This document shows, piece after piece, positions 28,062 to 37,795 of a stretch of DNA of 64,000 nt. Below the pieces are notes generated by a model. That model was not told the DNA's origin, did not search any database, and saw only the letters and a list, made by a program, of their open reading frames with translations. The number at the start of each line of letters is the position of its first letter. The first letter of the stretch is position 1. Both the position numbers and the translations under genes were made by a program. The stretch lies in contig JBFWJS010000007.1 in the NCBI GenBank assembly GCA_050253075.1, positions 1 to 64,000 of the forward strand. Reading direction: 5' to 3'. Origin of the DNA: Deferribacterales bacterium. Its GTDB lineage: Bacteria > Chrysiogenota > Deferribacteres > Deferribacterales > Geovibrionaceae.

Positions 28062-28174
28062 GGTTTTCGCCCATATTTATAACATGCTTATACAGGCTGT
28101 GTGGTGAAAACCGCACAGCCTTTTTTAATAACTAAAACGCAAAGGCTGTGTTCAAAAGGACACGGCCTTTTTTT
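28062..28174 (+). promoter_or_regulatory. trp attenuator: antiterminator plus two tandem terminators
   Basis: Terminator 1 aggctgtgtggt-gaaa-accgcacagcct plus T-run (28094-28126); terminator 2 aaaggctgtgttc-aaaa-ggacacggccttt plus T-run (28141-28174); ggttttcgcc (28062-28071) can pair with ggtgaaaacc (28103-28112). Confidence 0.8.
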
Positions 28175-28232
28175 GTATCCAAAATTGAATAGAAAATAGA
28201 AACGAAAAATAAATGATAAAAGGAGATACTAA

Positions 28233-29699
28233 ATGAATCTGATTCAGCAGACCTATCCTTCAAAGGAACGATTCATTGAGCTGGCAGAGGAGTACGACAG
28301 GGTCACCGTCTACCGCGAGATCATCGGAGACACCTTCACCCCTATCACTCTTCTGAGAAACTTTTCAAACGAGGAGAACCTCTTCCTCCTTGAAAGTGCA
28401 AACCTTGATAAGACATTTTCACGCTATTCATTCTTCGGTAATAAACCGAAGAGGGTCATCACATTTCAAGACGGAAAGGTGATCGTTAAAAAGGGTGGAA
28501 AGACAGAAAAGTTTGAGCAGAACCCTATGGACTATATGGCTCAGCAGTTTTACGCTGAAAAGGGCTATAACGACGGTAAATTCGGCGATTTCTCAGGCGG
28601 TTTCGCAGGTTTCTTTGCTTACGAAGCCGTAAATTATATGGACACCCTAAGAAAGCCGCTGAAAGTAGGCAAAAACAGCAAGCTGATCGGATTCATGGAG
28701 GTCGACGAGTTCTATGCATTCGACAACCACCTCGGAAAGCTGTATGCAGCAGTCAGTGTTAAAACAGGCGACGGCGAATCAGCCTATGAGCGTGCCGAAC
28801 AGCGCACACAGAAGATGGCTGCCGAAGTCCACAGGCTGAACTTCGACGATTTCGACTCTGAGCTCGAATGTGAAGTGGAAACAGACATGACGAAGGAAGA
28901 GTACATGGCAACCGTGAAGGCTATCCAGGAAGAGATAGTGAACGGCGAGGCTATACAGGTCGTGCCTTCGAATGCGTACCGACTGAAAGGGAAAGTCAAC
29001 CCGCTCAGCCTTTACCGCGCACTTCGAAATGTCAACCCTTCCCCCTACATGTTTTACCTTAAATTCGGATCAGAAGTTCTCCTCGGTGCATCACCTGAGA
29101 TACACCTTAAAATACGTGAAGGCGTCGCCACGCTGAAACCTATCGCAGGCACATATCCCATAACAGAAAATATCGAAGAGGCGAAACAGACGCTCCTTGC
29201 CGACCCGAAAGAGCGCTCAGAGCACCTTATGCTCCTCGACCTCGCCCGTAACGACCTCTATACATGCTGTGCCCCTGAGTCCGTTGTGGTGAAGGAACAG
29301 TTCGTGCCAGAGGTATACTCACACGTCATACACATAGTCTCTGAGGTAGAGGGCAGGATAGAGAAGGGCTATAACCCGCTGAATCTCTTCATGCGCTCAT
29401 TCCCCGCAGGGACGGTATCTGGTGCGCCGAAGGTGCGTGCCATAGAGCTCATCGAGCAGTATGAGAAGTCCGAACGCGGATTTTACGCAGGCTGTGTGGG
29501 CTATTTCGGATACAGCGGAAACATGGACACATGTATCACAATCCGCTCCGCTTTCGTCACAGAGACAGAGACAACATTCCGCTCCGGCGGCGGTGTCGTA
29601 TTTGATTCAAATCCCGAGGCAGAGTTTGAGGAAACAAAGAACAAGCTCGGTGCGCTCCTCGCAGCGTATAAGAATCTCGGCATTACGGAGGGAAGATAA
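28233..29699 (+). CDS. trpE: Anthranilate synthase component I
   Basis: LLESA, NPSPYMF, GASPE, EHLMLLDLARND, FPAGTVSGAPKVRA. Confidence 0.96.
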   Translation: MNLIQQTYPSKERFIELAEEYDRVTVYREIIGDTFTPITLLRNFSNEENLFLLESANLDKTFSRYSFFGNKPKRVITFQDGKVIVKKGGKTEKFEQNPMDYMAQQFYAEKGYNDGKFGDFSGGFAGFFAYEAVNYMDTLRKPLKVGKNSKLIGFMEVDEFYAFDNHLGKLYAAVSVKTGDGESAYERAEQRTQKMAAEVHRLNFDDFDSELECEVETDMTKEEYMATVKAIQEEIVNGEAIQVVPSNAYRLKGKVNPLSLYRALRNVNPSPYMFYLKFGSEVLLGASPEIHLKIREGVATLKPIAGTYPITENIEEAKQTLLADPKERSEHLMLLDLARNDLYTCCAPESVVVKEQFVPEVYSHVIHIVSEVEGRIEKGYNPLNLFMRSFPAGTVSGAPKVRAIELIEQYEKSERGFYAGCVGYFGYSGNMDTCITIRSAFVTETETTFRSGGGVVFDSNPEAEFEETKNKLGALLAAYKNLGITEGR

Positions 29700-30259
29700 T
29701 GTTTTTAATGGTAGATAATTACGACTCTTTTACATACAACCTGGTGGCTCTTTTCAGGCTGAACGGAGCAAAGGTGGACGTTATAAGAAACACAGAGTAC
29801 AAAGACGCAAACGAGTATAAGGGGATAATCCTCTCACCCGGGCCTTCAAACCCGTCGAACTCGGGTTCTACTCTGGAATACCTCAAGAAATACGCAGGCC
29901 GTACGCCTATTTTCGGCGTCTGCCTCGGCATGCAGTCCATAGGCTATCACCTCGGATACGAAGTGCGTAAGGCAAACAGCGTGATGCACGGTAAGGTGGA
30001 CAAGATAAAGCTCACCCGTGAGTCGAAGATACTGGCAGGGTGCGAAGACAACTTTTCATCCGTACGCTATCACTCTCTGGCTGTGTCGGCACCGGAGGAA
30101 TACATAGTGGCAAAGGCTGTCAGTGACGGCGAGTGCATGGCTATCGAGGATGATGAAAAGCTCCTCTACGGCGTGCAGTACCACCCTGAATCTATCCTCA
30201 GCGAATACGGCAGCATAATGGTCAAGAACTTCATGAATATATGCGGGGTGCAGGCATGA
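29699..30259 (+). CDS. trpG: Anthranilate synthase component II (glutamine amidotransferase)
   Basis: DNYDSFTYNL, LSPGP, GVCLG, HPES. Confidence 0.96.
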   Translation: MFLMVDNYDSFTYNLVALFRLNGAKVDVIRNTEYKDANEYKGIILSPGPSNPSNSGSTLEYLKKYAGRTPIFGVCLGMQSIGYHLGYEVRKANSVMHGKVDKIKLTRESKILAGCEDNFSSVRYHSLAVSAPEEYIVAKAVSDGECMAIEDDEKLLYGVQYHPESILSEYGSIMVKNFMNICGVQA

Positions 30260-31239
30260 GCAAAGATTTAATTAAGAAGACAGGTATGGGCCAAAAGCTC
30301 AGCAAAGATGAAACATATACACTCTTCACATCCATAATGAGCGGAGAGATGAGCGAGGCGGAGATCGCCGCTGTGCTTGTCGCTATGCGCCTCACAGGGG
30401 AAACACCCGAAGAGATAGCAGGAGCATCCCTCGCTATGAACGATGTGAAGGTAAGATTTGATACAGGCGGAGTAAAGGCATACGACACATGCGGAACAGG
30501 CGGCAGCGGTAAATCAACGATGAATGTATCATCTGCTGTGGCTGTGCTCCTTTCATCACTTGGCCTGCCTATCGTAAAGCACGGTAACAGAGCGATGAGC
30601 GGGACTCTCGGTTCTGCTGACCTGTATGAGATGGCAGGGATGGATATCGAATCACCGAAAGAGGAGATGGAGGCTTATTTCAAAAAGCATAACTTCTCAT
30701 TCTGTTTTGCACCGCTTTATCACCCTGCTATGAAATATGCAGGCCCCGTGCGCAGACAGATACTCGTACCGACTATATTCAACTTCCTCGGACCTCTGGC
30801 AAACCCGTCTGAGCTCGCAGGGCAGGTCATAGGGATAGCAAACCGTAAAAAGCTGGCTGATATAGCCGAAGCACTGAAAATAATGGGACGTACAAATGTC
30901 GCCCTTTACAGCTCTCTGGACGGATTTGACGAGGTTTCATCATGTGCAGAGACAGAGCTCTACATCATCAGAGAAGACGGCATAGAGCAGATGCGCATAA
31001 AGCCTGAGCAGTTCTTTGCTCCTTTCGACATGCCTGTGGTGACAACAAGGGAAGAGGGGCTCAGGATGTTTAAGGAATGTGTCAGCCCCGGAGGCGGAGA
31101 CCTCAATAAGCTGATAGCTCTTAATGCAGGAGTTGCCCTTTATGTCTTCGGCAAAGCGGCAGACCTCAAAGCAGGCTATGCAATGGCTATGGATGCTATC
31201 GAATCAGGCAGAGTGCTTGAGAAATACAGGAGCTTATAA
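30256..31239 (+). CDS. trpD: Anthranilate phosphoribosyltransferase
   Basis: DTCGTGG, KHGNR, GSAD, FNFLGPLANP, DE motif; start at ATG 30256 overlapping the trpG stop. Confidence 0.96.
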   Translation: MSKDLIKKTGMGQKLSKDETYTLFTSIMSGEMSEAEIAAVLVAMRLTGETPEEIAGASLAMNDVKVRFDTGGVKAYDTCGTGGSGKSTMNVSSAVAVLLSSLGLPIVKHGNRAMSGTLGSADLYEMAGMDIESPKEEMEAYFKKHNFSFCFAPLYHPAMKYAGPVRRQILVPTIFNFLGPLANPSELAGQVIGIANRKKLADIAEALKIMGRTNVALYSSLDGFDEVSSCAETELYIIREDGIEQMRIKPEQFFAPFDMPVVTTREEGLRMFKECVSPGGGDLNKLIALNAGVALYVFGKAADLKAGYAMAMDAIESGRVLEKYRSL

Positions 31240-32001
31240 ATGGGAGGATCCGATGTTTTAGGCAGGATACTGGCTAATAAAAAGAAAGAGATAGAGTCTT
31301 TGTCCGTGCCTGTTAGAGAGAGGGAAAAACCACTGCTCGATTTCAGACAGGCGATAATAGACAGACACTTCATCTGTGAGGTGAAGAAGGCTTCCCCGTC
31401 ACTCGGCGCAATAAATACAGGCGCAGACGTGGAGCAGGTGGCAGAGATGTATGAAGAGCTCGGTGCAGGGTGCGTCAGCGTCCTCACTGACAGAGATTTC
31501 TTCGGCGGTTCCTTCAAAGATCTGCGTATGGTGACAGAAAAGGTCAGCATACCCGTCATCTGCAAAGACTTCATCATCAGCAGAAAGCAGATAGATATGG
31601 CGTATGCTATGGGTGCGGATGCCGTGCTCCTTATGGCTACTTCGCTCAGCAGAGACGCATACGAAGACCTCTTCGGATATGTAAAGGAGAAGGGGATGCA
31701 GGCTCTCGTGGAGATACACGAGGTGGATGAGCTGAAAGTGACAGATGGGATGAAGCCCGCTGTGCTCGGAGTGAATTCACGCAACCTGAAAAACCTTGAG
31801 ATAGACCTTAAAAAAGGCGCAGAGATCATAAGATCTCTCCCTGAGTATGACGTAAAGATAGCAGAAAGCGGTATGAAGACCGAGTCCGATATAAGGCTTA
31901 TGTCTCAGGCCGGTGCCGTGGGCTTCCTTGTGGGGTCCAGCCTCATGGGTGCTGAAGATCCGAAAGCTGTCTTTGCATCTTTAAAGGCGGGTTTATGCTA
32001 G
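31240..32001 (+). CDS. trpC: Indole-3-glycerol phosphate synthase
   Basis: EVKKASPS, SVLTD..FFGGS, KDFI, GVNSRNL, AESG. Confidence 0.96.
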   Translation: MGGSDVLGRILANKKKEIESLSVPVREREKPLLDFRQAIIDRHFICEVKKASPSLGAINTGADVEQVAEMYEELGAGCVSVLTDRDFFGGSFKDLRMVTEKVSIPVICKDFIISRKQIDMAYAMGADAVLLMATSLSRDAYEDLFGYVKEKGMQALVEIHEVDELKVTDGMKPAVLGVNSRNLKNLEIDLKKGAEIIRSLPEYDVKIAESGMKTESDIRLMSQAGAVGFLVGSSLMGAEDPKAVFASLKAGLC

Positions 32002-32525
32002 TCAAGATATGCGGTGTGAAGACACCCGAGATGGCTGATGCCGTGTGTAAACTCGGTGCTGACATCATCGGTGTCGTCGCCCATAAAAAGAGCAAGCGAT
32101 ACATCACCCCTGAACAGGCGAAAGCCATAAAGGAAGCTATCGGCGGAAGATGCCCTATGGCTGTGGTGGCGGTGTCTAAGGACGAGTGTGTGGAGTATGA
32201 AGACTTCGCAGATTATGTTCAGGCGGACGATGCCAACTGCTCTGAAAAGCACATCTTGTGCGGCGAGGAAAAGCCCGATGGAGAGTTTAAATATTTCCTG
32301 TATGATGCGAGCCGCGGAGCTGGGATATATTCAGACTATCCCGACTGGGTCGCAGACTACAGAGACATCCTGATACTGGCGGGCGGGCTGACACCCGACA
32401 ATGTCGAGAAGGTCATTGAAATGTATAAACCCTTCGGCGTGGATGTTTCCAGCGGGGTTGAGACAGACGGCGAAAAAGACTTGGAAAAGATAAAAGATTT
32501 TATAAATAAAGCAAAAGGAATCTGA
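31995..32525 (+). CDS. trpF: Phosphoribosylanthranilate isomerase
   Basis: VKICG, LAGGLTPDNV, GVDVSSGVE. Confidence 0.95.
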   Translation: MLVKICGVKTPEMADAVCKLGADIIGVVAHKKSKRYITPEQAKAIKEAIGGRCPMAVVAVSKDECVEYEDFADYVQADDANCSEKHILCGEEKPDGEFKYFLYDASRGAGIYSDYPDWVADYRDILILAGGLTPDNVEKVIEMYKPFGVDVSSGVETDGEKDLEKIKDFINKAKGI

Positions 32526-32616
32526 TGTCACTGCGAGGAAGAGCTAAAGCTCTGACAAAGCAGTCTCTGGGGTCATTAATCTGTACAGAGATTGCTTCAC
32601 TTCGTTCGCAATGACA
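32526..32616. repeat. GTC...GAC-type palindromic (REP/RPE-like) element
   Basis: tgtcactgcga ... tcgcaatgaca terminal arms with inner aagcagtctctg / cagagattgctt stem; fills the trpF-trpB gap. Confidence 0.75.
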
Positions 32617-32631
32617 AAAAGCGAGGATAAT

Positions 32632-33795
32632 ATGTACGAAAAAATGTTTTACGGCAGATACGGCGGTCAGTTCGTTCCTGAAACGCTTATTCCTGCAGTC
32701 GATGAGCTGGAGGCAAAATTCGAACAGCTCAAAGACGATAAAAAGTTTAAAAGCGAGCTGAACGAACTCTTAACAAGATACGCAGGAAGGCCTACGCCGC
32801 TGTATAAAGCACAGAGTCTTTCCGATAAGTATGGGTGTGAGATTTACCTGAAACGTGAGGATCTGATGCATACAGGGTCTCACAAGCTGAATAATACACT
32901 CGGTCAGGCACTCCTTACCAAATATATGGGTAAAAAGAGAGTGATAGCCGAGACAGGCGCAGGACAGCACGGCGTGGCTACGGCTACTGTTGCTGCTCTC
33001 TTCGGGCTGGAATGTACTGTTTATATGGGTGCTCTAGACGTTGAGAGACAGGCGCCGAACGTGAAGCGTATGGAGCTTCTCGGTGCGGAGGTCGTGCCTG
33101 TTACAGAGGGGCAGGGTACGCTGAAAGAAGCGACAAATGCCGCTCTTCGTGAGTGGGTTTCCAGTGTGGAGACTACGCACTACATCATCGGTTCCATTGT
33201 AGGACCTTATCCTTTTCCAAAGATCGTGGCACACTTTCAGTCTGTCATAGGGGAAGAGGCTAATGCTCAGTGCAAAGAGCTCGGATTCACCCCTGACTGC
33301 GTGGTGGCATGTGTCGGCGGCGGAAGCAACGCCATCGGTATATTCAACGGCTTCCTAGATAAGCAGTGCGAGATATACGGTGTGGAAGCGGGCGGTATAT
33401 CAGACGAACCGTGCAAGCACGCCAGAACACTCGGCAAAGGCAGACCGGGCGTACTCCACGGTGCATATACATACCTGATACAGACTGACGAACATCAGAT
33501 AATGGATGTCCACTCCATATCAGCCGGGCTTGACTATCCGGGTATAGGACCTGCACACGCAATGCTGCACGATGTGGGCAGAGCGAGGTATGGTTATGTG
33601 CGTGACGACGAGGCTCTGAACGCATTTAAAGAACTCTCCAGAAACGAGGGGATAATCCCCGCTCTGGAATCAAGCCATGCGCTTGCATACGTTCTGGAAA
33701 ATAAAGAACAGTTCAAAGGTAAAAAGGTTCTGGTGAGCCTTTCAGGAAGAGGGGATAAGGACATGGCCGCTATCCTCGAAAGGGGGCTGATATGA
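32632..33795 (+). CDS. trpB: Tryptophan synthase beta subunit
   Basis: [49 protein letters not shown]; start after GAGGA. Confidence 0.97.
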   Translation: MYEKMFYGRYGGQFVPETLIPAVDELEAKFEQLKDDKKFKSELNELLTRYAGRPTPLYKAQSLSDKYGCEIYLKREDLMHTGSHKLNNTLGQALLTKYMGKKRVIAETGAGQHGVATATVAALFGLECTVYMGALDVERQAPNVKRMELLGAEVVPVTEGQGTLKEATNAALREWVSSVETTHYIIGSIVGPYPFPKIVAHFQSVIGEEANAQCKELGFTPDCVVACVGGGSNAIGIFNGFLDKQCEIYGVEAGGISDEPCKHARTLGKGRPGVLHGAYTYLIQTDEHQIMDVHSISAGLDYPGIGPAHAMLHDVGRARYGYVRDDEALNAFKELSRNEGIIPALESSHALAYVLENKEQFKGKKVLVSLSGRGDKDMAAILERGLI

Positions 33796-34496
33796 AAGGT
33801 TTTTACATAGTAGGCGGGTATCCCGACAGAGATAAATTCAGAGATTGCCTTTTCAGCGTTGCCGAGCAGGGATTTGATTTTGTAGAGATAGGCATTCCTT
33901 TCAGCGAGCCGGTGGCGGACGGTCCCGTTATATGCGGAGCTATCCACGAGGCAGTTGCGAAAGGTGTTAACGTAGACGAGATAATGTCCGACGTGCGTGA
34001 GATGAAGGAAAAATATCCGAACATCAAAGCTATAGTAATGACATACGCAAATATATTCACAAGCTACTGTGAAAAGGCTTTCACACAGAGATTCGCAGAT
34101 ATACTGGACGGAGTTATCATCCCCGATGTGCCTCTGCGCATGCAGCAGTGGATAAAGGAGAGAGGGCTCGAGATACCTATCATTCCATTCGTTACACCCG
34201 TATCGAGGAAAGAGGATATCGAGGCTCTGAAAGGTACTGACGCGCCGTTCATTTACTACATCAGCATCATGGGCATCACAGGCTCTGATACTAAGAGCAA
34301 GGGTGCAGACAACGGCATAAAGGCAGGCGAGCTGACAGGCGTGCCTGTTGTCACAGGATTCGGCATACGCACCCCTGAAGATGCGAAAAAAGCTCTGAGC
34401 ACCACAGGCGGTTTCGTAATAGGGACTGAGGCTGTGAAGCGTCAGGGCGACGTGAAGGAATTCAGGGAGTATATCAGCCAGTTTGCAGGGCTGTAA
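33792..34496 (+). CDS. trpA: Tryptophan synthase alpha subunit
   Basis: [29 protein letters not shown]. Confidence 0.95.
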   Translation: MKGFYIVGGYPDRDKFRDCLFSVAEQGFDFVEIGIPFSEPVADGPVICGAIHEAVAKGVNVDEIMSDVREMKEKYPNIKAIVMTYANIFTSYCEKAFTQRFADILDGVIIPDVPLRMQQWIKERGLEIPIIPFVTPVSRKEDIEALKGTDAPFIYYISIMGITGSDTKSKGADNGIKAGELTGVPVVTGFGIRTPEDAKKALSTTGGFVIGTEAVKRQGDVKEFREYISQFAGL

Positions 34497-34501
34497 AAGA
34501 T

Positions 34502-34770
34502 AAAGGCGGGTTTTTAGCCTAGGGACTTAAAAGACGTGTTGAAATTTTGAAGTAAAATAAGAAAAACCCCAATTTTAATAATAAGATTGGGGTTTTTATG
34601 TTTCAGGAAAATTTTTTCGTCATCCTGAGGCTTTAGCCGAAGGATCTGAACACGTGAATTCTCTAATGGTATCAGATTCTTCGCTACGCTCAGAATGACG
34701 TAGCTGTGTTTGTTTTAGAGATTCTGCAACAAATCTTTTAACAGGCTTGGATTTTTAGCCCGCCTTTTTT
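34502..34770. repeat. Composite ~270-nt repeat, copy 1 (MITE-like, nested palindromes)
   Basis: Highly similar to 52353-52620; inner inverted repeats ttaaaagacgtgttg / caacaaatcttttaa; internal aaaaccccaat...attggggtttt hairpin; CGTC...GACG palindrome at 34618-34700; tttttagcc direct repeat at 34511 and 34752. Confidence 0.85.
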
Positions 34771-35221
34771 ATTCTATGTCTATTTTTTTGATCTCAGGGT
34801 CGAGTGCATTCGTTATCTTTTCCAGAGATTTCAGGATGTCTTCAGTGTTTTCCTTGCCCAGCTTCTTTTCGTCTATGAAGCAGTCGTCCTCGAGTATTTT
34901 TGTGAGGAGTGCTGTGTATTCTCTGCCTGCGGGCGTTATTTCCAGATATATCGTACGTCTGTCCCCGTCCTTTTTCACACGGTTTACAAAGCCTTTGACC
35001 TCCAGCCTGTCCACTATGCCTGTTATGGCGCTGTTGTTCAGGTTTATCGAGCGGGTGAGCTCTGTGAGGTTCATAGATTCATGCCTGCTTATCTCATAGA
35101 GGGAAAGCATCTGAGGCAGGGTTATGTTGTAGTTGTTATTAAGATATTTAGAGTATTTATCAAGAAATCGTGAAAGTTTTCTTATCTCTAATATGGTCTT
35201 AATGCATATGTTTGTGGACAT
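34769..35221 (-). CDS. MarR-family transcriptional regulator
   Basis: ITLPQ, SAITGIVDRLEVKGFV.R..DRR..LEITPAG. Confidence 0.92.
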   Translation of the reverse strand: MSTNICIKTILEIRKLSRFLDKYSKYLNNNYNITLPQMLSLYEISRHESMNLTELTRSINLNNSAITGIVDRLEVKGFVNRVKKDGDRRTIYLEITPAGREYTALLTKILEDDCFIDEKKLGKENTEDILKSLEKITNALDPEIKKIDIE

Positions 35222-35245
35222 ACATTTCTCCTGAAAGTATCAGAG

Positions 35246-35274
35246 ATAATAAGATTATATACGGGAAATGTCAA
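35246..35274 (-). promoter_or_regulatory. Putative sigma70 promoter of the MarR gene
   Basis: Minus-strand TTGACA-17bp-TATTAT; AGGAG RBS downstream. Confidence 0.6.
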
Positions 35275-35301
35275 TCTGAACGGTATGTGAGACTTACCCA
35301 A

Positions 35302-35715
35302 TCAGGGTTTGCACTTACTGCAGATGCCTGTGGTCGTTATCTTGCATTCGGATATCTGTCTGTTGGACAGCTCTCTGATAGTGTCGACTATCTGCATAGT
35401 GTCAAAGTGGATGTCCTCTATCTCGCCGCAGACGGAGCATATATGGTGTATGTGCGGGTCTATGTTTAGCTCATACATGGTCTTTTTACCGTTTACGCTC
35501 ACTTCGGATATGATGTCTTTCTCAACGAGTGAGTGCATGTTTTTGTATATGGTGGCAAGGGAGAGCGAAGGTATCTGCTTTTTCAGCCTTTCATAGAGAG
35601 AGTCGATGTCGATGTGTCCGGCATTGTCTATCTCTTTGCATATCATAAGGCGCTGTGCTGTGGCACGAAGTCCTTTCATTCTCAGTTTGTTGTCGATGTT
35701 TTCTAATCTGTTCAT
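35302..35715 (-). CDS. Fur/PerR-family transcriptional regulator
   Basis: GLRATAQR, H...SLATIYKN, HIHHICSVCG, CSKC; ATG at 35715 preferred. Confidence 0.92.
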   Translation of the reverse strand: MNRLENIDNKLRMKGLRATAQRLMICKEIDNAGHIDIDSLYERLKKQIPSLSLATIYKNMHSLVEKDIISEVSVNGKKTMYELNIDPHIHHICSVCGEIEDIHFDTMQIVDTIRELSNRQISECKITTTGICSKCKP

Positions 35716-35721
35716 AAACAA

Positions 35722-35750
35722 ACATTACATAATGAGACCTTTTTTGTCAA
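35722..35750 (-). promoter_or_regulatory. Putative promoter giving a leaderless Fur/PerR mRNA
   Basis: Minus-strand TTGACA-17bp-TAATGT-6bp-ATG; no Shine-Dalgarno. Confidence 0.55.
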
Positions 35751-35786
35751 CTATTAATTTGCATATACATCGAAATGCATATAAAT

Positions 35787-35815
35787 AAAAAAGGCCGATC
35801 GCAGTGACCGGCCTT
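35787..35815 (-). terminator. Intrinsic terminator after the TRAP permease
   Basis: Minus-strand aaggccgg..cggcctt stem followed by a T-run. Confidence 0.65.
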
Positions 35816-35823
35816 AGTAGTTG

Positions 35824-37722
35824 TTAGGCAACAGCTTTCTTCTTTCTGAAGAAAACGATCCAGTGGAAGCTCATCAGGTACGAATAAATGTATGTACCGA
35901 CGATCACTGATGCAAATGTTATGGCTATCGTTGTCGGAGAGTACCAGACATAAGAGTCTGTCTCTTTGATATAGTGGTACATGCTGAAAGCAGGCACATA
36001 TGCAAAGAGGAACGGTCCGAGATATAGGAACTTCGCAAATTTAAACGAGTTGAAGGCGGTTAGCCACATATTCGCCTTTGCGATGGTCGCCCCTGCGAAA
36101 GCCGCAATACACACCGGCGGTGTGATGTTTGAGTCCTGAGACAGCCAGTAAACTATCATGTGGGCAGCGATTGGCGAAACGCCAAGCTCTGTGAGCGCAG
36201 GAACCGCAACAACAGCAGTGATAAGATATGCCGCCGTAACAGGCACACCCATACCGAGTACGAGTGAAGCGAGCGCAATGAGCAGGATTGTGAGCCAGAG
36301 CTTACCTGCTGCGAGGTGTATGATGATAGAGCTGAATGTCAGCGTCAGACCGGAGTATGTCAGCATTGATATGATGATACCGATAACGCCGACTGTCGCG
36401 CCTATTTTAAGGCTTGATTCTGTTCCGTTTCTGGACGCTTCAACGAATTCTTTGAGGTCGATTTTAAGCTCTTTCCTCAGTCCTGCCCATCCGAGAGCGC
36501 AGAGTGTGGAAAGACCTGCTGAAAGCTCGTTTACAGCCTCCAGACTTTTATATGTGTCGATCACGAGGACAGCCACGAGCACAACAGTGAATATTGTTAC
36601 GTATCTGGAACCTCTGGTCCATGTGATAACCATGCAGGAAAGCAAGCCGACAACGGCAGAGTATCCGGGAGATTTACCCATTACCATAAGGATAGTGATG
36701 AGTACCAGCGGCATTACAAAGTGCCAGCCTTCTTTCAGTATCTCCTTTGGGCTTACTTCGGATTTATCTCCTCTGATGTTGTGTATCTTCGCTTCGAAAT
36801 GAACCATAACGAAAACGCTGAAGAAATACATCAGAGCAGGGAATATCGCGATTATCATGATGTAGTTGTAAGGTATCTCGGTGAGCTCTGCCATGATGAA
36901 ACCGCCCGCACCCATGATAGGAGGCATGAACATACCGCCGATGGATGCCGCAGGCTCAACGGCTCCTGCTATGTGAGGCTTGAAACTGGCCTTTTTCATA
37001 AGCGGGATGGTGAAAGCACCTGTAGACACTGTGTTGGCAATGGCAGAACCGGATATGGAACCGAATATCGCACTGGCGATAACAGCAACCTTTGCAGGGC
37101 CGCCTGTCTTGTGTCCGACAGCAGCGAGCGGGAGGTCGATGAAGAATTTCTGAGCGCCGGACTTCTCAAGGAATGCTCCGAAAAGCACGAAAAGAAGTAC
37201 ATATGTAGCCAGAACGTCTGCCATGATCCCGAAAACGCCGTCGTTTGTAAGGTATATCGCAACGGAGATAGTATCGAGGAAGTTTCCGCCTGAGTGCTGG
37301 AACAGCTCAGGAACTTTATCCCCGAAAACACCGTAAAGGATCATTGCGCCGCCGAGCAGTACGAAAACAGTACCGACGGCACGCCTTGCCACTTCGATGC
37401 CCATGATAACCCCGACAACGGACATCCACTGGTCCATAAGGTTCTCTGCGCCTGCTCTGTAGTTGATATCGATGAAGAATATCATGAAATATAAAACAGG
37501 AACGCAGGCTGCGATTATTAATATATAGTCAAGGATTCTAAGCCATTTATTTTTAGATTTGTAAATAATGAAAATCAAAAGATATGTGATAAACACATAT
37601 ATACCTTTATGGTATTCGGTTGATGCGGGCTTTATAAGTGCGGAGTAGGAGTAGAAGAGTACCAGAAATACGGCCGCTACATCAAATATGATTTTTTCAA
37701 ACTTGTTTAGATTAGCATACAC
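35824..37722 (-). CDS. TAXI-type TRAP transporter fused (4TM/12TM) permease
   Basis: GGPAKVAV, GSISGSAIAN, ASIGGMFMPPIMGA, LGMGVP, SNITPPV; many transmembrane helices. Confidence 0.93.
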   Translation of the reverse strand: MYANLNKFEKIIFDVAAVFLVLFYSYSALIKPASTEYHKGIYVFITYLLIFIIYKSKNKWLRILDYILIIAACVPVLYFMIFFIDINYRAGAENLMDQWMSVVGVIMGIEVARRAVGTVFVLLGGAMILYGVFGDKVPELFQHSGGNFLDTISVAIYLTNDGVFGIMADVLATYVLLFVLFGAFLEKSGAQKFFIDLPLAAVGHKTGGPAKVAVIASAIFGSISGSAIANTVSTGAFTIPLMKKASFKPHIAGAVEPAASIGGMFMPPIMGAGGFIMAELTEIPYNYIMIIAIFPALMYFFSVFVMVHFEAKIHNIRGDKSEVSPKEILKEGWHFVMPLVLITILMVMGKSPGYSAVVGLLSCMVITWTRGSRYVTIFTVVLVAVLVIDTYKSLEAVNELSAGLSTLCALGWAGLRKELKIDLKEFVEASRNGTESSLKIGATVGVIGIIISMLTYSGLTLTFSSIIIHLAAGKLWLTILLIALASLVLGMGVPVTAAYLITAVVAVPALTELGVSPIAAHMIVYWLSQDSNITPPVCIAAFAGATIAKANMWLTAFNSFKFAKFLYLGPFLFAYVPAFSMYHYIKETDSYVWYSPTTIAITFASVIVGTYIYSYLMSFHWIVFFRKKKAVA

Positions 37723-37736
37723 TGCAATCTCTCCTT

Positions 37737-37770
37737 AAAAAAAGCGGCAGACAATTAAGCCCGCCGCTTT
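37737..37770 (-). terminator. Hairpin/terminator between the TAXI receptor and permease genes
   Basis: aaagcggc ... gccgcttt inverted repeat with minus-strand T-run. Confidence 0.55.
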
Positions 37771-37795
37771 GTTGCAAACTTTAATAGGTTGTAAA

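Noticed and set aside
27990..28230. T-box riboswitch or TRAP-binding site for trp control
   Set aside because: No T-box consensus or (G/U)AG repeat array; the leader peptide explains the region
32611..32631. N-terminal extension of TrpB
   Set aside because: That ATG belongs to the palindrome arm; the RBS supports 32632
34502..34770. CRISPR array or intact IS element
   Set aside because: No regularly spaced repeat-spacer units and no transposase ORF
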